A stretch of 64,000 nucleotides of DNA from Eubacteriales bacterium (GCA_045587445.1 JAZNCH010000069.1:5466-69465), one strand, 5' to 3'; numbered from the stretch's first letter, positions 18,150-27,350 are shown. Notes: generated by a model not told the origin, from the sequence alone. Numbers and translations are program-made.

Positions 18150-18441
18150 AAGAGCGAAAATATTTGCCCCATTCAGCCCCTTGAGAGGTCTTGACGAGGC
18201 ATATAGAGCAAAAGAAAGGGTGGTTATACCCAAAGCGGAGCTTTTATGCGACAGAATAGATGAGATAAATATAAAACTGCAGTCCTTGCAGATAGGCAGT
18301 TTTATAAAAGTAACATACTACTCCGAGGGTGGATATAAAACAAAAATGGGCAAAATAAAATCTATTCTGCCTAACAAAAATATGCTTGTTATAGATACGG
18401 AGATTAAATTTTCGGATATATACGATATAGAAATATTATAG
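18139..18441 (+). CDS. YolD-like protein (accessory partner of Y-family polymerases)
   Basis: A 100 aa protein with IFAPFSPLRGLDEA.. typical of the YolD family. It overlaps the polymerase stop by 11 nt. Confidence 0.75.
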   Translation: MRSERAKIFAPFSPLRGLDEAYRAKERVVIPKAELLCDRIDEINIKLQSLQIGSFIKVTYYSEGGYKTKMGKIKSILPNKNMLVIDTEIKFSDIYDIEIL

Positions 18442-18470
18442 GCGTGTGCGAAGCACACGCCTATAATATT
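18438..18470. terminator. Bidirectional terminator between yolD-like and hemW
   Basis: tataGGCGTGTGC-gaa-GCACACGCCtata with A/T-rich flanks on both sides. Confidence 0.75.
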
Positions 18471-19655
18471 TTATTTATCAAGACCTTTTGCAATGTTTTT
18501 CGTTATATCGCTTTCATAGGTCATAAATGTCGAGAGAATGTAGTTTGATACGTACATACCCTTGGTGGTAAAATAGTAGTGTCCGTTTTTAAATTCCATA
18601 AAGCCATTGTCAATATACAGCTTTAATTCTTTTTCAAACATTTGGCTGAAATCCTTGTTAAAGCTGTATTTAAATTCGTTTACGTTAATTCCTTCCGTGA
18701 GTCTCAGCTTCAGCATAATATACTCGTCAACCCGTTCCTCTGGGGTAATAGCATAATCTTCTTCAAGTATGTTAATTCCTGCATCAACGTATTCAAGTGC
18801 GTCCATAAACATAGCGACACTTCTCTTATAAGAAAATCTGCGGTCCCCAAAATACGAATGAGCTGCAGGGCCGAGTCCAAGGTATTCTTGACAGTTCCAA
18901 TATTTCAGATTGTGTTTGCACTTAAATCCGTCTTTTGCAAAGTTGCTTATTTCGTATTGCCAATAGCCTCTGAATCTGAGGTAGTCCACAGCATATTTAT
19001 ACATTTCATATTCTGTGTCTTCGTCAGGTAATTCAAGCTTGTCTTTCTTTTCAAAAAAAGGAGTTCCCTCTTCTATTTTAAGACCGTAGAGTGAAATGTG
19101 TGTAGGTTCAAGATCGCATACTTGTTCAAGCGTATATCCCAAAGAACGTTGTGTCTGTCCGGGAATACCGTACATTATGTCAACGTTTATGTTTTCAAAA
19201 CCCGCTTGTTTTGCTATATTATAGCTGTTTACAAATTCATTAAATGAATGAATTCTTGAAAGGGAAGCGAGTTCCTCGTCAATCGCGCTCTGCATACCGA
19301 AGCTTAAACGGTTTACTCCTGCCTTATAATACTTTTTCAGCATTTTTTTGTTAACTGTGGCAGGGTTGGCTTCCATAGTAAATTCAACGTTCTCATCAAC
19401 CTTGAAATTACGGTATATGCCGTCGATAATTTCAAGCATTCTTTTTACCGGAAGAACGGTAGGCGTGCCGCCGCCGATATATATGGAGTTGACGATATAA
19501 TTTGAAGCCTTTTCCGAAAAATCTTCCATTTGAAGTAAAAGAGAATCTGTATATCTTACGTAGTCGTCAAATTTTGTTACGGAGTAAAAGTCGCAGTAAT
19601 CGCATTTGTGTTCGCAAAAAGGAATGTGTATATACAGTCCGAGTTTCTTTTCCAT
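18471..19655 (-). CDS. hemW: Radical SAM heme chaperone / oxygen-independent coproporphyrinogen oxidase-like protein
   Basis: MEKKLGLYIHIPFCEHKCDYCDFYS (CxxxCxxC). ATG 19655 is preceded by AGGAGGA; the longer ORF-track start 19826 overlaps lepA. The lepA-hemW order is a conserved synteny. Confidence 0.9.
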   Translation of the reverse strand: MEKKLGLYIHIPFCEHKCDYCDFYSVTKFDDYVRYTDSLLLQMEDFSEKASNYIVNSIYIGGGTPTVLPVKRMLEIIDGIYRNFKVDENVEFTMEANPATVNKKMLKKYYKAGVNRLSFGMQSAIDEELASLSRIHSFNEFVNSYNIAKQAGFENINVDIMYGIPGQTQRSLGYTLEQVCDLEPTHISLYGLKIEEGTPFFEKKDKLELPDEDTEYEMYKYAVDYLRFRGYWQYEISNFAKDGFKCKHNLKYWNCQEYLGLGPAAHSYFGDRRFSYKRSVAMFMDALEYVDAGINILEEDYAITPEERVDEYIMLKLRLTEGINVNEFKYSFNKDFSQMFEKELKLYIDNGFMEFKNGHYYFTTKGMYVSNYILSTFMTYESDITKNIAKGLDK

Positions 19656-19680
19656 AGTATTTCCTCCTATATAGAACTTA

Positions 19681-21501
19681 TTATTCGTCATCGAGCTTGA
19701 GTACAGCCATAAATGCTTCGGGTGTAACTTCAACCGTACCAAGCGTACGCATTTTCTTTTTACCCTCTTTCTGCTTTTCAAGCAGTTTTTTCTTACGGGT
19801 AATATCACCGCCATAGCACTTTGCAAGAACGTCTTTACGCAGAGCTTTTACCGTTTCACGAGCAATAACTCTGCCGCCGATAGCTGCCTGAATCGGAACT
19901 TCAAACAACTGCCTCGGTATATTGTCTTTAAGCTTTTCGCATATCTTCCTTCCTCTTGCGTAAGCCTTTTCTTCGTGGACTATAAACGACAATGCGTCAA
20001 CTACGTCGCCATTAAGCAATATATCGAGCTTAACGAGCTTACTCGGAACGTATTCTGCAATTTCATAGTCAAGCGATGCATAGCCTTTGCTTCGACTCTT
20101 CAAAGCATCAAAGAAGTCGTAAATAATCTCGTTCAACGGCAGTCTATAGTGCAATTCTGCTCTTGTGGTATCAATGTAGGTCATATCTATAAATATGCCT
20201 CGTCTGTCTTGGCAAAGTTCCATAATACCGCCGATATATTCGGAGGGTGTAATTATACTTGCTTTAACCATAGGTTCGTAAGCGGTTTCAATCTCGTCTA
20301 CCAAAGGATAATTTGCGGGGTTGTCAATCATAACCGTCAAGCCGTCTTTTTTGTCTATTTTATAAATAACGCTTGGTGCTGTCGTAATAAGGTCAATGTT
20401 AAATTCGCGTTCAATGCGTTCTTCGATAATCTCCATATGGAGAAGTCCCAAAAAACCGCAACGGAAACCAAAGCCGAGTGCGGCTGAAGTTTCGGGCTCA
20501 AAAGTCAAAGCGGCATCGTTAAGGCGGAGCTTTTCAAGTGCGTCGCGCAAGTCGCCGTATTTTGCGCCGTCTGCCGGGTAAATGCCCGCATAAACCATTG
20601 GAACTGCCTTTTTAAATCCGGGAAGAGGTGTATCAATTCCGTTTTCGGCACTTGTAACGGTATCGCCGACACGCGTATCGGATACGTTTTTGATACTTGC
20701 TGTAATGTAACCAACATCGCCTGCGGCAAGATAGTCGGATTTTGCAAGACCGAAAGCCGACATAGTACCTACGTCAACTACGGTAAACTTCGCCCCCGTA
20801 CCCATCATATATATTTCGTCCCCGCTCTTTATCTGACCGTCAAATACACGGATATATACAACAACACCCAAATATGAGTCATAGTATGAGTCAAAAATCA
20901 ACGCTTTAAGAGGTTTATCGACGTCGCCTGTGGGGCAGGGAATATCGCTGACAATCTTATCAAGCACCTGGTCGATATTGAGACCACTTTTAGCTGATAT
21001 AGCGGGGCAACCCTCGGCGGGTATACCGATAATGTCTTCAATTTCTTTTCTTACTCTGTCGGGGTCGGCAGCGGGTAAGTCTATTTTGTTTATAACCGGA
21101 ACAATCTCAAGGTCGGCATCAACGGCGAGATATGCATTTGCAAGTGTTTGTGCCTGAATTCCCTGAGTTGAGTCAACAACGAGCAAAGCGCCGTCGCAGG
21201 CGTTAAGGGAACGTGAAACCTCATAGTTAAAGTCAACGTGTCCGGGTGTGTCGATAAGGTTTAAAATATACTCTTGTCCGTCTGGGGCGGTATAATCTAA
21301 TTTTACCGCACGCGCCTTTATAGTTATGCCTCTTTCTTTTTCGAGGTCCATATTATCGAGCAACTGTTCTTCCATCTCACGTCTGGATACGGTTTGAGTG
21401 TGCTCCAATATTCTGTCGGCGAGGGTAGATTTACCGTGGTCGATGTGTGCCACGATTGAAAAGTTTCTTATTTTCTTTTGTCTGTCGTTAGTTATTGACA
21501 T
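19681..21501 (-). CDS. lepA: Elongation factor 4
   Basis: [31 protein letters not shown], and the C-terminal LepA-specific region. Confidence 0.97.
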   Translation of the reverse strand: MSITNDRQKKIRNFSIVAHIDHGKSTLADRILEHTQTVSRREMEEQLLDNMDLEKERGITIKARAVKLDYTAPDGQEYILNLIDTPGHVDFNYEVSRSLNACDGALLVVDSTQGIQAQTLANAYLAVDADLEIVPVINKIDLPAADPDRVRKEIEDIIGIPAEGCPAISAKSGLNIDQVLDKIVSDIPCPTGDVDKPLKALIFDSYYDSYLGVVVYIRVFDGQIKSGDEIYMMGTGAKFTVVDVGTMSAFGLAKSDYLAAGDVGYITASIKNVSDTRVGDTVTSAENGIDTPLPGFKKAVPMVYAGIYPADGAKYGDLRDALEKLRLNDAALTFEPETSAALGFGFRCGFLGLLHMEIIEERIEREFNIDLITTAPSVIYKIDKKDGLTVMIDNPANYPLVDEIETAYEPMVKASIITPSEYIGGIMELCQDRRGIFIDMTYIDTTRAELHYRLPLNEIIYDFFDALKSRSKGYASLDYEIAEYVPSKLVKLDILLNGDVVDALSFIVHEEKAYARGRKICEKLKDNIPRQLFEVPIQAAIGGRVIARETVKALRKDVLAKCYGGDITRKKKLLEKQKEGKKKMRTLGTVEVTPEAFMAVLKLDDE

Positions 21502-21596
21502 ACAGCAATCTCCATTATAATAATACTCATAATATTATAACTAATAATTTGCTTTAAATCAAGTATATTTTTTTAATATATAGCAGCAAATAGATA

Positions 21597-22170
21597 AAAA
21601 CATTATCTTTAAATAAAACATCACCTCTATGCACTTATTACAGCTTCGCACAAACCAAGGAAGATTCCAAAGGTGGAAAACCTTTGGTCGTTTCGTGAGG
21701 ATGGGGTCAAGGGGAAGGAGCGAATCGAAACGCTCCTTCCCTTTGTGCCTTCTTTGCAATACTTTCTTGGCACCAAGAAAGTATGAGAAAAAAGAAAAAA
21801 GATAGGGTTCTTTTGGAACAATATCTCTATGATAATTGTTTGATTCATCTAAACAAATGTATCTATAAAAATTACACTCTTTTAGATTTCTTTTCGTTAC
21901 TTTCTTTCCGTAAAGAAAGTAACCAAAGAAGACGCAAAGGGGTAGGGCGGTAACACCGCAGGAGAAAACTGGTGCGTACAAGTCAATTAAGTTCTTTATT
22001 GAGTTTGAAGAACCAGAGATTCCCTCTCGCGTGGCGAGCGATTCTCCCCCTCCCTTTGAACCCTCCCTCTTAAAACGGCCAAAGAGGAGACCTCTTTGGA
22101 ATTTTCCTTTAGTCTGTGCGGAGTTGTAATAAGTACATAGGGATAATGATTTGTTTGAAGATAATGTTTA
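21597..22170. repeat. Palindrome-rich ~570-bp non-coding element, copy A, bounded by ~90-bp terminal inverted repeats
   Basis: The left end AACATTATCTTTAAATAAAACATCACCTCTATGCACTTATTACAGCTTCGCACAAACCAAGGAAGATTCCAAAGG is repeated in inverse at 22075-22170. The interior is a chain of hairpins. It is about 90% identical to the reverse complement of 40686-41240. Confidence 0.9.
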
Positions 22171-22196
22171 TTTCATAAACACTATCAAAGTTATTG

Positions 22197-22252
22197 CCAC
22201 CTTTGGAATTTTTCTTTAGTCTGTGTGAAGCTGTAATAAGTGCATAGAGGGG
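22197..22252. repeat. Solo extra copy of the terminal module of element A
   Basis: CCACCTTTGGAATTTTTCTTTAGTCTGTGTGAAGCTGTAATAAGTGCATAGAGG matches the right terminal repeat (22085-22140). Confidence 0.85.
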
Positions 22253-22280
22253 ATTTTTTGGGGAAAAACATGAAAAGCTC

Positions 22281-22309
22281 TTGACAAATTTTTAGTGCGG
22301 TGCTATACT
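22281..22309 (+). promoter_or_regulatory. sigma-A type promoter for the second T-box leader
   Basis: TTGACA (22281-22286), 17 nt spacer, TATACT (22304-22309). Confidence 0.55.
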
Positions 22310-22315
22310 AAGGCA

Positions 22316-22580
22316 TATTAAAAATGCAATGAAGGAATTATTCCCATTTATACTTCACTTCAGAGAGCTGTCGGTTGGTGTAAGACAGTGTGAAAGCATC
22401 TGGGGAGTCTCGTTCCTGAGCAGAACCGCAGAAAATAATATGAGTAAGCGGTTACGGATTGTCCCGTTATCATGGCAGAAGGCTTGTTAGAGTCTTATTG
22501 AGTTGACCGTTTTTACGGTAAACAGGGTGGTACCGCGATAACTTCGTCCCTGAAGTCAAAATTGACTTCGGGTTTTTTTA
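22316..22580 (+). promoter_or_regulatory. T-box riboswitch leader (candidate specifier CUC, Leu) with intrinsic terminator
   Basis: AGAGAG (22362-22367), distal loop GGUUGGUG (22373-22380), AGGGUGGUACCGCG (22524-22537), terminator CCCUGAAGUC-aaaauu-GACUUCGGG plus U7 (22548-22580). Confidence 0.88.
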
Positions 22581-22629
22581 TTTTATTATGCCGATAAAAT
22601 AGTAAGGCACACAGAAAGGGTGTTTTGTA

Positions 22630-24012
22630 ATGAAACAAATTAAAATTGCAGACAAGACGCTTTGCAGAAATGACAAAGCATTCAGCTTCAAAGAAAGACT
22701 TGAAATAGTAAGACAGCTCGAAAAGCTAAAGGTTGACGTAATAGAGCTTCCCGAAATTGCAAATGTAAGAACTGACATTCTTCTTGTGCGTACGGCATCG
22801 TCTTTTGTAAAAAACAGTGTTATATCCGTTGCGGCGGGAAGTAACGCACAGTCGATAGATGATGCGGCGGCGGCTTTGAGTGTTGCAAAAAAAGGAAGAA
22901 TACGTATAGAAGTACCCACATCGGCTGTCGGTATGGAATACTTTATGCACAAAAAGCCCGAAAAGATGAAAGAGTGGGTAAAGAACGCTGTAGAAAAGGC
23001 GGTATCCCTTTGCTCCGACGTTGAATTTTGTGCTTTTGATGCAACAAGAGCAGAACCCGAATTTCTAATTGAGCTTATAAAAATTGCAGTAAATGCAGGC
23101 GCAAAAACCGTTTCCGTATGCGACAGCGCGGCGGGAAAGATGCCTGACGACTTTGCAAAGTTTGGCAAAAAAATAGCCGAGGAAGCCGGTGTTGACGTTG
23201 GTGTTGACTGTTCAAACAAGAATGGGCTTGCATCAGCCGAGGCTATTATGGCTGTGAGAGAGGGCGTTTCAGTTGTTAAAACGTCAATAGGGGGAGACTG
23301 TGTTCCCTTTAAGGCTTTTGCGAGTATGATAAAGAACTGCGGAGATAATTACGGTTTCACGGCAGGAATAAGCTATACCGAAATGCACCGCATATTAAGT
23401 CAGGTAGGTTGGATATGCTCCGAGAAAAAGGCGGAAAAGAATGTTTCTGTATCTTCTGTTGAAGAAAGCGGTATAAGACTTGATGCAAAAGACGATATAA
23501 ATGCGGTAGCGGCTGCCGTAGCAAAGCTCGGATATGACCTTTCCGACGAAGATAACAAACGTGTACACGAGGAAGTATGCCGCGTTGCAGAAAAGAGAAG
23601 CGTGGGTGCAAAAGAGCTTGATGCAATCGTAGCAACGGTTGCTTTGCAGGTGCCCGATTCATACAGACTTGAAAATTACGTTATAAACAACGGAAATATA
23701 ATCAGTGCAAGTGCACAGATAACCCTCAGCAGAGAGGGTAAAATGTTACAGGGAATTGCAATCGGAGACGGACCTATTGACGCGGCTTTCGTAGCTATTG
23801 AGCAAATTATCGGTCATCGCTATGAGCTTGACGATTTCCAGATTCAGTCTATTACCGAGGGCAAGGAAGCCGTAGGCTCGGCACTTGTTAAGCTTCGTTT
23901 TGACGGTAAGCTTTATTCGGGCAACGGTATTTCCACCGACATTATAGGTGCAAGTATCAGAGCGTATATAAGCGCGGTAAACAAGATTGTTTACGAGGAA
24001 CACAGTATTTGA
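22630..24012 (+). CDS. 2-isopropylmalate/citramalate synthase homolog (HMGL-like TIM barrel + LeuA dimerisation/regulatory domain) lacking the catalytic motifs
   Basis: It is collinear with LeuA. However, DTTLRDGEQ is replaced by ADKTLCRNDK, and the HxH metal site (V-H-C-H-NDLG) by V-D-C-S-NKNG. The C-terminal LeuA_dimer-like region is well preserved (GDGPIDAAFVAIEQI..GASIRAYISAVNKI). Confidence 0.8.
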   Translation: MKQIKIADKTLCRNDKAFSFKERLEIVRQLEKLKVDVIELPEIANVRTDILLVRTASSFVKNSVISVAAGSNAQSIDDAAAALSVAKKGRIRIEVPTSAVGMEYFMHKKPEKMKEWVKNAVEKAVSLCSDVEFCAFDATRAEPEFLIELIKIAVNAGAKTVSVCDSAAGKMPDDFAKFGKKIAEEAGVDVGVDCSNKNGLASAEAIMAVREGVSVVKTSIGGDCVPFKAFASMIKNCGDNYGFTAGISYTEMHRILSQVGWICSEKKAEKNVSVSSVEESGIRLDAKDDINAVAAAVAKLGYDLSDEDNKRVHEEVCRVAEKRSVGAKELDAIVATVALQVPDSYRLENYVINNGNIISASAQITLSREGKMLQGIAIGDGPIDAAFVAIEQIIGHRYELDDFQIQSITEGKEAVGSALVKLRFDGKLYSGNGISTDIIGASIRAYISAVNKIVYEEHSI

Positions 24013-24030
24013 TGAAAGGGTAACGTAAAA

Positions 24031-26529
24031 ATGAAGCTTTCGTTTTCAACAAAGGGTTGGCACAACAGAACCTTTAATGATTTTTGTGAAATAGCCGAAT
24101 CTCTGAAATTCAAGGGGATCGAGCTTCACAATATAAATAACCGTCTTTTTACCGACAGAGACGGAGCTTTTCACGATTATTCTGCGGCATCGACATTGCG
24201 CAGTCTCTATGACAAAAAGCTTTCTATACCTTGCATTGATATAGTAAGTGATATTTCGGTTGAATCCGAAGTCGAAGAAGCAAGAAAAGAAATTGCAAGA
24301 TGCTTTGAAATAGCACAGTTTTTGCATATTCCATATATCCGTTTGAAATCGCGTACGGAAAATGCTGACGGAATTAGCGTTGCCGAGAACTTTTTAAAAG
24401 AAGTCTTACCTGAGGCAGAGGAACGCGGCATTGTACTTTTGCTTGAAACTTCGGGTCTCTTCCGCAATACTGCCGTTTTGCGTACGACTCTTGAAGGGTT
24501 CGCTTCCGACAGTCTTGGTGCATTGTGGAATTTGTCTGAGGCATATACCGAAGAAAAGAATGCCGAAATTATAATAAAGAATCTCGGAGCATACATCAAA
24601 CACGTACATTATAACGATATAACTTTTGAAAACGGCGACAAAGAATACTGTCTTGCCGGAGAGGGCGAACTGCCTATAAAAGATATTATGAACGCTTTGA
24701 GAAGCGTTAACTACGACGGCTTTATATCGCTCGTATGGGACCCTACGTGGTGCGAAGAGATAGACGATATGGAAATTATCTTTGCACAGTTCAGCCACTA
24801 TATGAAGCAGTTTTCCGATACCTCAAAAGGAGACAAGAATTTTTACTACAACAGAGTGCATACAGGCCGTTTTAGTTGGAAAAAGGACGACCTTATCGAC
24901 CTTACGTTTTCACAAGTTCTTGACAGACTTGTTGAAGATTTCCCCGACCAGTACGCTTTCAAATATACCACGCTTGACTATACGAGAACGTACAGCGAAT
25001 TCAGAGATGACGTTGACACATTTGCGAGAGCACTTATTTCCCTCGGTGTTAAAGCGGGCGACAAGGTTGCTGCTTGGGCCTCCAACGTGCCTCAATGGTT
25101 TATTGCGTTTTGGGCAACCGTAAAAATAGGTGCAGTGCTTGTTACCGTAAATACCGCATACAAGATTCACGAGGCTGAATATTTGCTTCGTCAGTCAGAT
25201 ACACATACGCTTATTATGACAGAGGGCTCAAAGGATTCGAGCTACGGACAGATAGTAGCAGAGCTTTGTCCCGAGCTTGAAACGACAAAGGCAGGTAAAC
25301 CGCTTCACAGCAAGAAGCTTCCTTTCTTGCGTAACGTTATTACTGTCGGGTTTACACAAAGGGGCTGTATGACGTGGAATGATGCTTTAAAGAGAGCAGA
25401 CGAAGTTCCCGTTGAAGAAGTTTACAGAATGGCGGCGCAGGTAGACAAAGACGACGTATGCAATATGCAGTATACTTCGGGAACAACGGGTTTCCCCAAG
25501 GGTGTTATGCTTACACATTATAACGTTGTAAACAATGGTAAGTATATCGGCGACCACATGGATTTGTCGACAGCCGACAGAATGATGATTCAGGTGCCTA
25601 TGTTCCATTGCTTCGGCATGGTGCTTTCTATGACGGCGTCTATGACTCACGGAACGACAATGTATCCGTTGCCATATTTCTCACCTAAACCCGCGTTGGC
25701 GTGTGTTCACAACGAGCATATAACCGCATTTAACGGAGTTCCTACAATGTTTATCGCTATGATGGAGCATCCCGACTTTGAAAAGACCGATTTTTCATAT
25801 ATGAGAATAGGTATTATGGCGGGTTCAAACTGCCCTGCGGACCTTATGAAAAAGGCTACGGAAATTATGAATATGAAAGAAATTGTATCTGTTTACGGAC
25901 AGACAGAGGCATCGCCCGGCTGTACTATGAGCAGTTATTACGACTCTCTTGAAGTAAGAACGGAAACTGTAGGCTCTGCATTTGCTAACGTTGAATGTAA
26001 GATAATTAACCCCGATACAGGCGAAGAGTGTGCTGACGGAGAAAACGGCGAGTTCGTCGCAAGGGGATATAATGTTATGAAGGGTTACTACAAGATGCCG
26101 GGAGCGACAGCGTCGGCTATTGATGCTGATGGTTGGTTGCATACGGGCGACCTTGCGTGCCGCACCCCCGATGGTAACTACAGAATAACGGGTAGACTGA
26201 AAGATATGATAATCCGTGGCGGTGAAAATATTTACCCCAAGGAAATTGAGGAATTTATCTACACCTGTCCTAAAGTAAGCGACGTTCAGGTTATCGGTGT
26301 TCCCGACGAGAAATACGGCGAGGAAATTATGGCTTGTATTATACTCAAAGAGGGAGAAACAATGACCGAGGACGAGATGAAGAAATATATCGCCGACCAT
26401 ATGGCAAGACATAAGGTGCCGAGATATATTGATTTCGTTGATTCGTTCCCCATGAACGCGGCAGGAAAGATACAGAAATACAAGATGCGTGAAAACGCTG
26501 TTGAAAAGTTGGGGCTTAAGAAAGAGTAA
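24031..26529 (+). CDS. Fusion protein: xylose-isomerase-like TIM barrel (sugar phosphate isomerase/epimerase family) + AMP-forming acyl-CoA ligase (FadD-like)
   Basis: The N-terminal ~260 aa reads MKLSFSTKGWHNRTF..GIELHN..LLLETSG..HVHYND.. The remainder is a ligase: YTSGTTGFPKGVMLTH, YGQTE, GWLHTGD, RLKDMIIRGGENIYPKEIE, AGKIQK. Confidence 0.88.
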   Translation: MKLSFSTKGWHNRTFNDFCEIAESLKFKGIELHNINNRLFTDRDGAFHDYSAASTLRSLYDKKLSIPCIDIVSDISVESEVEEARKEIARCFEIAQFLHIPYIRLKSRTENADGISVAENFLKEVLPEAEERGIVLLLETSGLFRNTAVLRTTLEGFASDSLGALWNLSEAYTEEKNAEIIIKNLGAYIKHVHYNDITFENGDKEYCLAGEGELPIKDIMNALRSVNYDGFISLVWDPTWCEEIDDMEIIFAQFSHYMKQFSDTSKGDKNFYYNRVHTGRFSWKKDDLIDLTFSQVLDRLVEDFPDQYAFKYTTLDYTRTYSEFRDDVDTFARALISLGVKAGDKVAAWASNVPQWFIAFWATVKIGAVLVTVNTAYKIHEAEYLLRQSDTHTLIMTEGSKDSSYGQIVAELCPELETTKAGKPLHSKKLPFLRNVITVGFTQRGCMTWNDALKRADEVPVEEVYRMAAQVDKDDVCNMQYTSGTTGFPKGVMLTHYNVVNNGKYIGDHMDLSTADRMMIQVPMFHCFGMVLSMTASMTHGTTMYPLPYFSPKPALACVHNEHITAFNGVPTMFIAMMEHPDFEKTDFSYMRIGIMAGSNCPADLMKKATEIMNMKEIVSVYGQTEASPGCTMSSYYDSLEVRTETVGSAFANVECKIINPDTGEECADGENGEFVARGYNVMKGYYKMPGATASAIDADGWLHTGDLACRTPDGNYRITGRLKDMIIRGGENIYPKEIEEFIYTCPKVSDVQVIGVPDEKYGEEIMACIILKEGETMTEDEMKKYIADHMARHKVPRYIDFVDSFPMNAAGKIQKYKMRENAVEKLGLKKE

Positions 26530-26534
26530 GGAAT

Positions 26535-27347
26535 ATGCTTGATAACAAATATTACGTAATAGACGCACATTGCCATATATATCCCGAGAAAATAGCGGCG
26601 AGGGCGGTAGCGGGAACCGACGGTTTCTACGGAGAACATTCTTTTGGAGACGGAACGGTAAGCGGTTTGCTCGAAGTGGGGGACAAAGCCGGTATAGACC
26701 ACTATATTGTGCAGTCGGTGGCGACAACACCCCATCAAGTGAAGAGTATTAACGAGTTTATTGCAGAAAGCGTGAAAAACGGAAACGGTAGATTTACAGG
26801 ACTCGGTACCCTTCACCCTGATACCGAAGACCTTGACGGAGACATTAAACACCTTATGGAAATGGGGCTTAAAGGAGTAAAGCTGCACCCCGATATACAG
26901 CGTTTTAAAATAGACGATTACAGATGCCTTAAGATATATGAAAAATGCGAAGAATTTGGGTTGCCTATATTGATGCATACGGGCGACCACAGATACGATT
27001 TTTCAAATCCTAACAGACTTTTTCCGGTTATGGAGATATATACGGGATTAACCGTTATCGGTGCTCACCTTGGCGGTTGGTCTATTTGGGAAGAGGCGGC
27101 GAAAAAGCTGTCTGGATTACCTAATCTGTATGTCGATTGCTCGTCAAGCCTATATGCTATGAGCAGTGAAACAGCCAAAAGGATAATCTATACTTACGGC
27201 GTTGATAAAGTTCTTTTTGGAACGGATTATCCTATGTGGGACCCTAAAGCAGAGCTTGAAAGATTCTTTAATATAGGATTGACCGAAGAGGAAAACAGAA
27301 AGATCTTGTCGGGAAACGCCGAAAAACTATTTGGTATTAAGAGATAA
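26535..27347 (+). CDS. Amidohydrolase-2 family metal-dependent hydrolase (TIM barrel)
   Basis: VIDAHCHIYPEKIA.., HTGDH.., FGTDYPMW. It starts 5 nt after the preceding gene. Confidence 0.8.
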   Translation: MLDNKYYVIDAHCHIYPEKIAARAVAGTDGFYGEHSFGDGTVSGLLEVGDKAGIDHYIVQSVATTPHQVKSINEFIAESVKNGNGRFTGLGTLHPDTEDLDGDIKHLMEMGLKGVKLHPDIQRFKIDDYRCLKIYEKCEEFGLPILMHTGDHRYDFSNPNRLFPVMEIYTGLTVIGAHLGGWSIWEEAAKKLSGLPNLYVDCSSSLYAMSSETAKRIIYTYGVDKVLFGTDYPMWDPKAELERFFNIGLTEEENRKILSGNAEKLFGIKR

Positions 27348-27350
27348 TAT

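Noticed and set aside
19656-19826. N-terminal extension of hemW overlapping the 3' end of lepA
   Set aside because: The extension is basic, low-complexity and unconserved-looking. The ATG at 19655 has a strong AGGAGGA RBS and yields the canonical radical-SAM N-terminus.
21559-21981. 140-aa ORF inside repeat element A (and its counterpart 40659-40991 in element B)
   Set aside because: The similarity between the two ORFs only reflects the shared repeat DNA. The frames run through consecutive palindromes, lack RBS and start context, and the two copies are truncated differently.
21597-22170. Calling elements A/B an insertion sequence or other autonomous mobile element
   Set aside because: No transposase, integrase or recombinase ORF lies inside or adjacent, and I could not identify target-site duplications by eye. 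They are therefore kept as non-autonomous repeats.
22578-23219. 213-aa minus-strand ORF overlapping the T-box terminator and the LeuA-like gene
   Set aside because: It is a shadow ORF giving a Ser/Ala/Phe-rich nonsense translation. It would also have to be read through the T-box terminator region.
25825-26990. 301-aa and 234-aa minus-strand ORFs
   Set aside because: They are antisense to the ligase fusion and amidohydrolase genes, which carry unambiguous motifs. There is no independent evidence for them.
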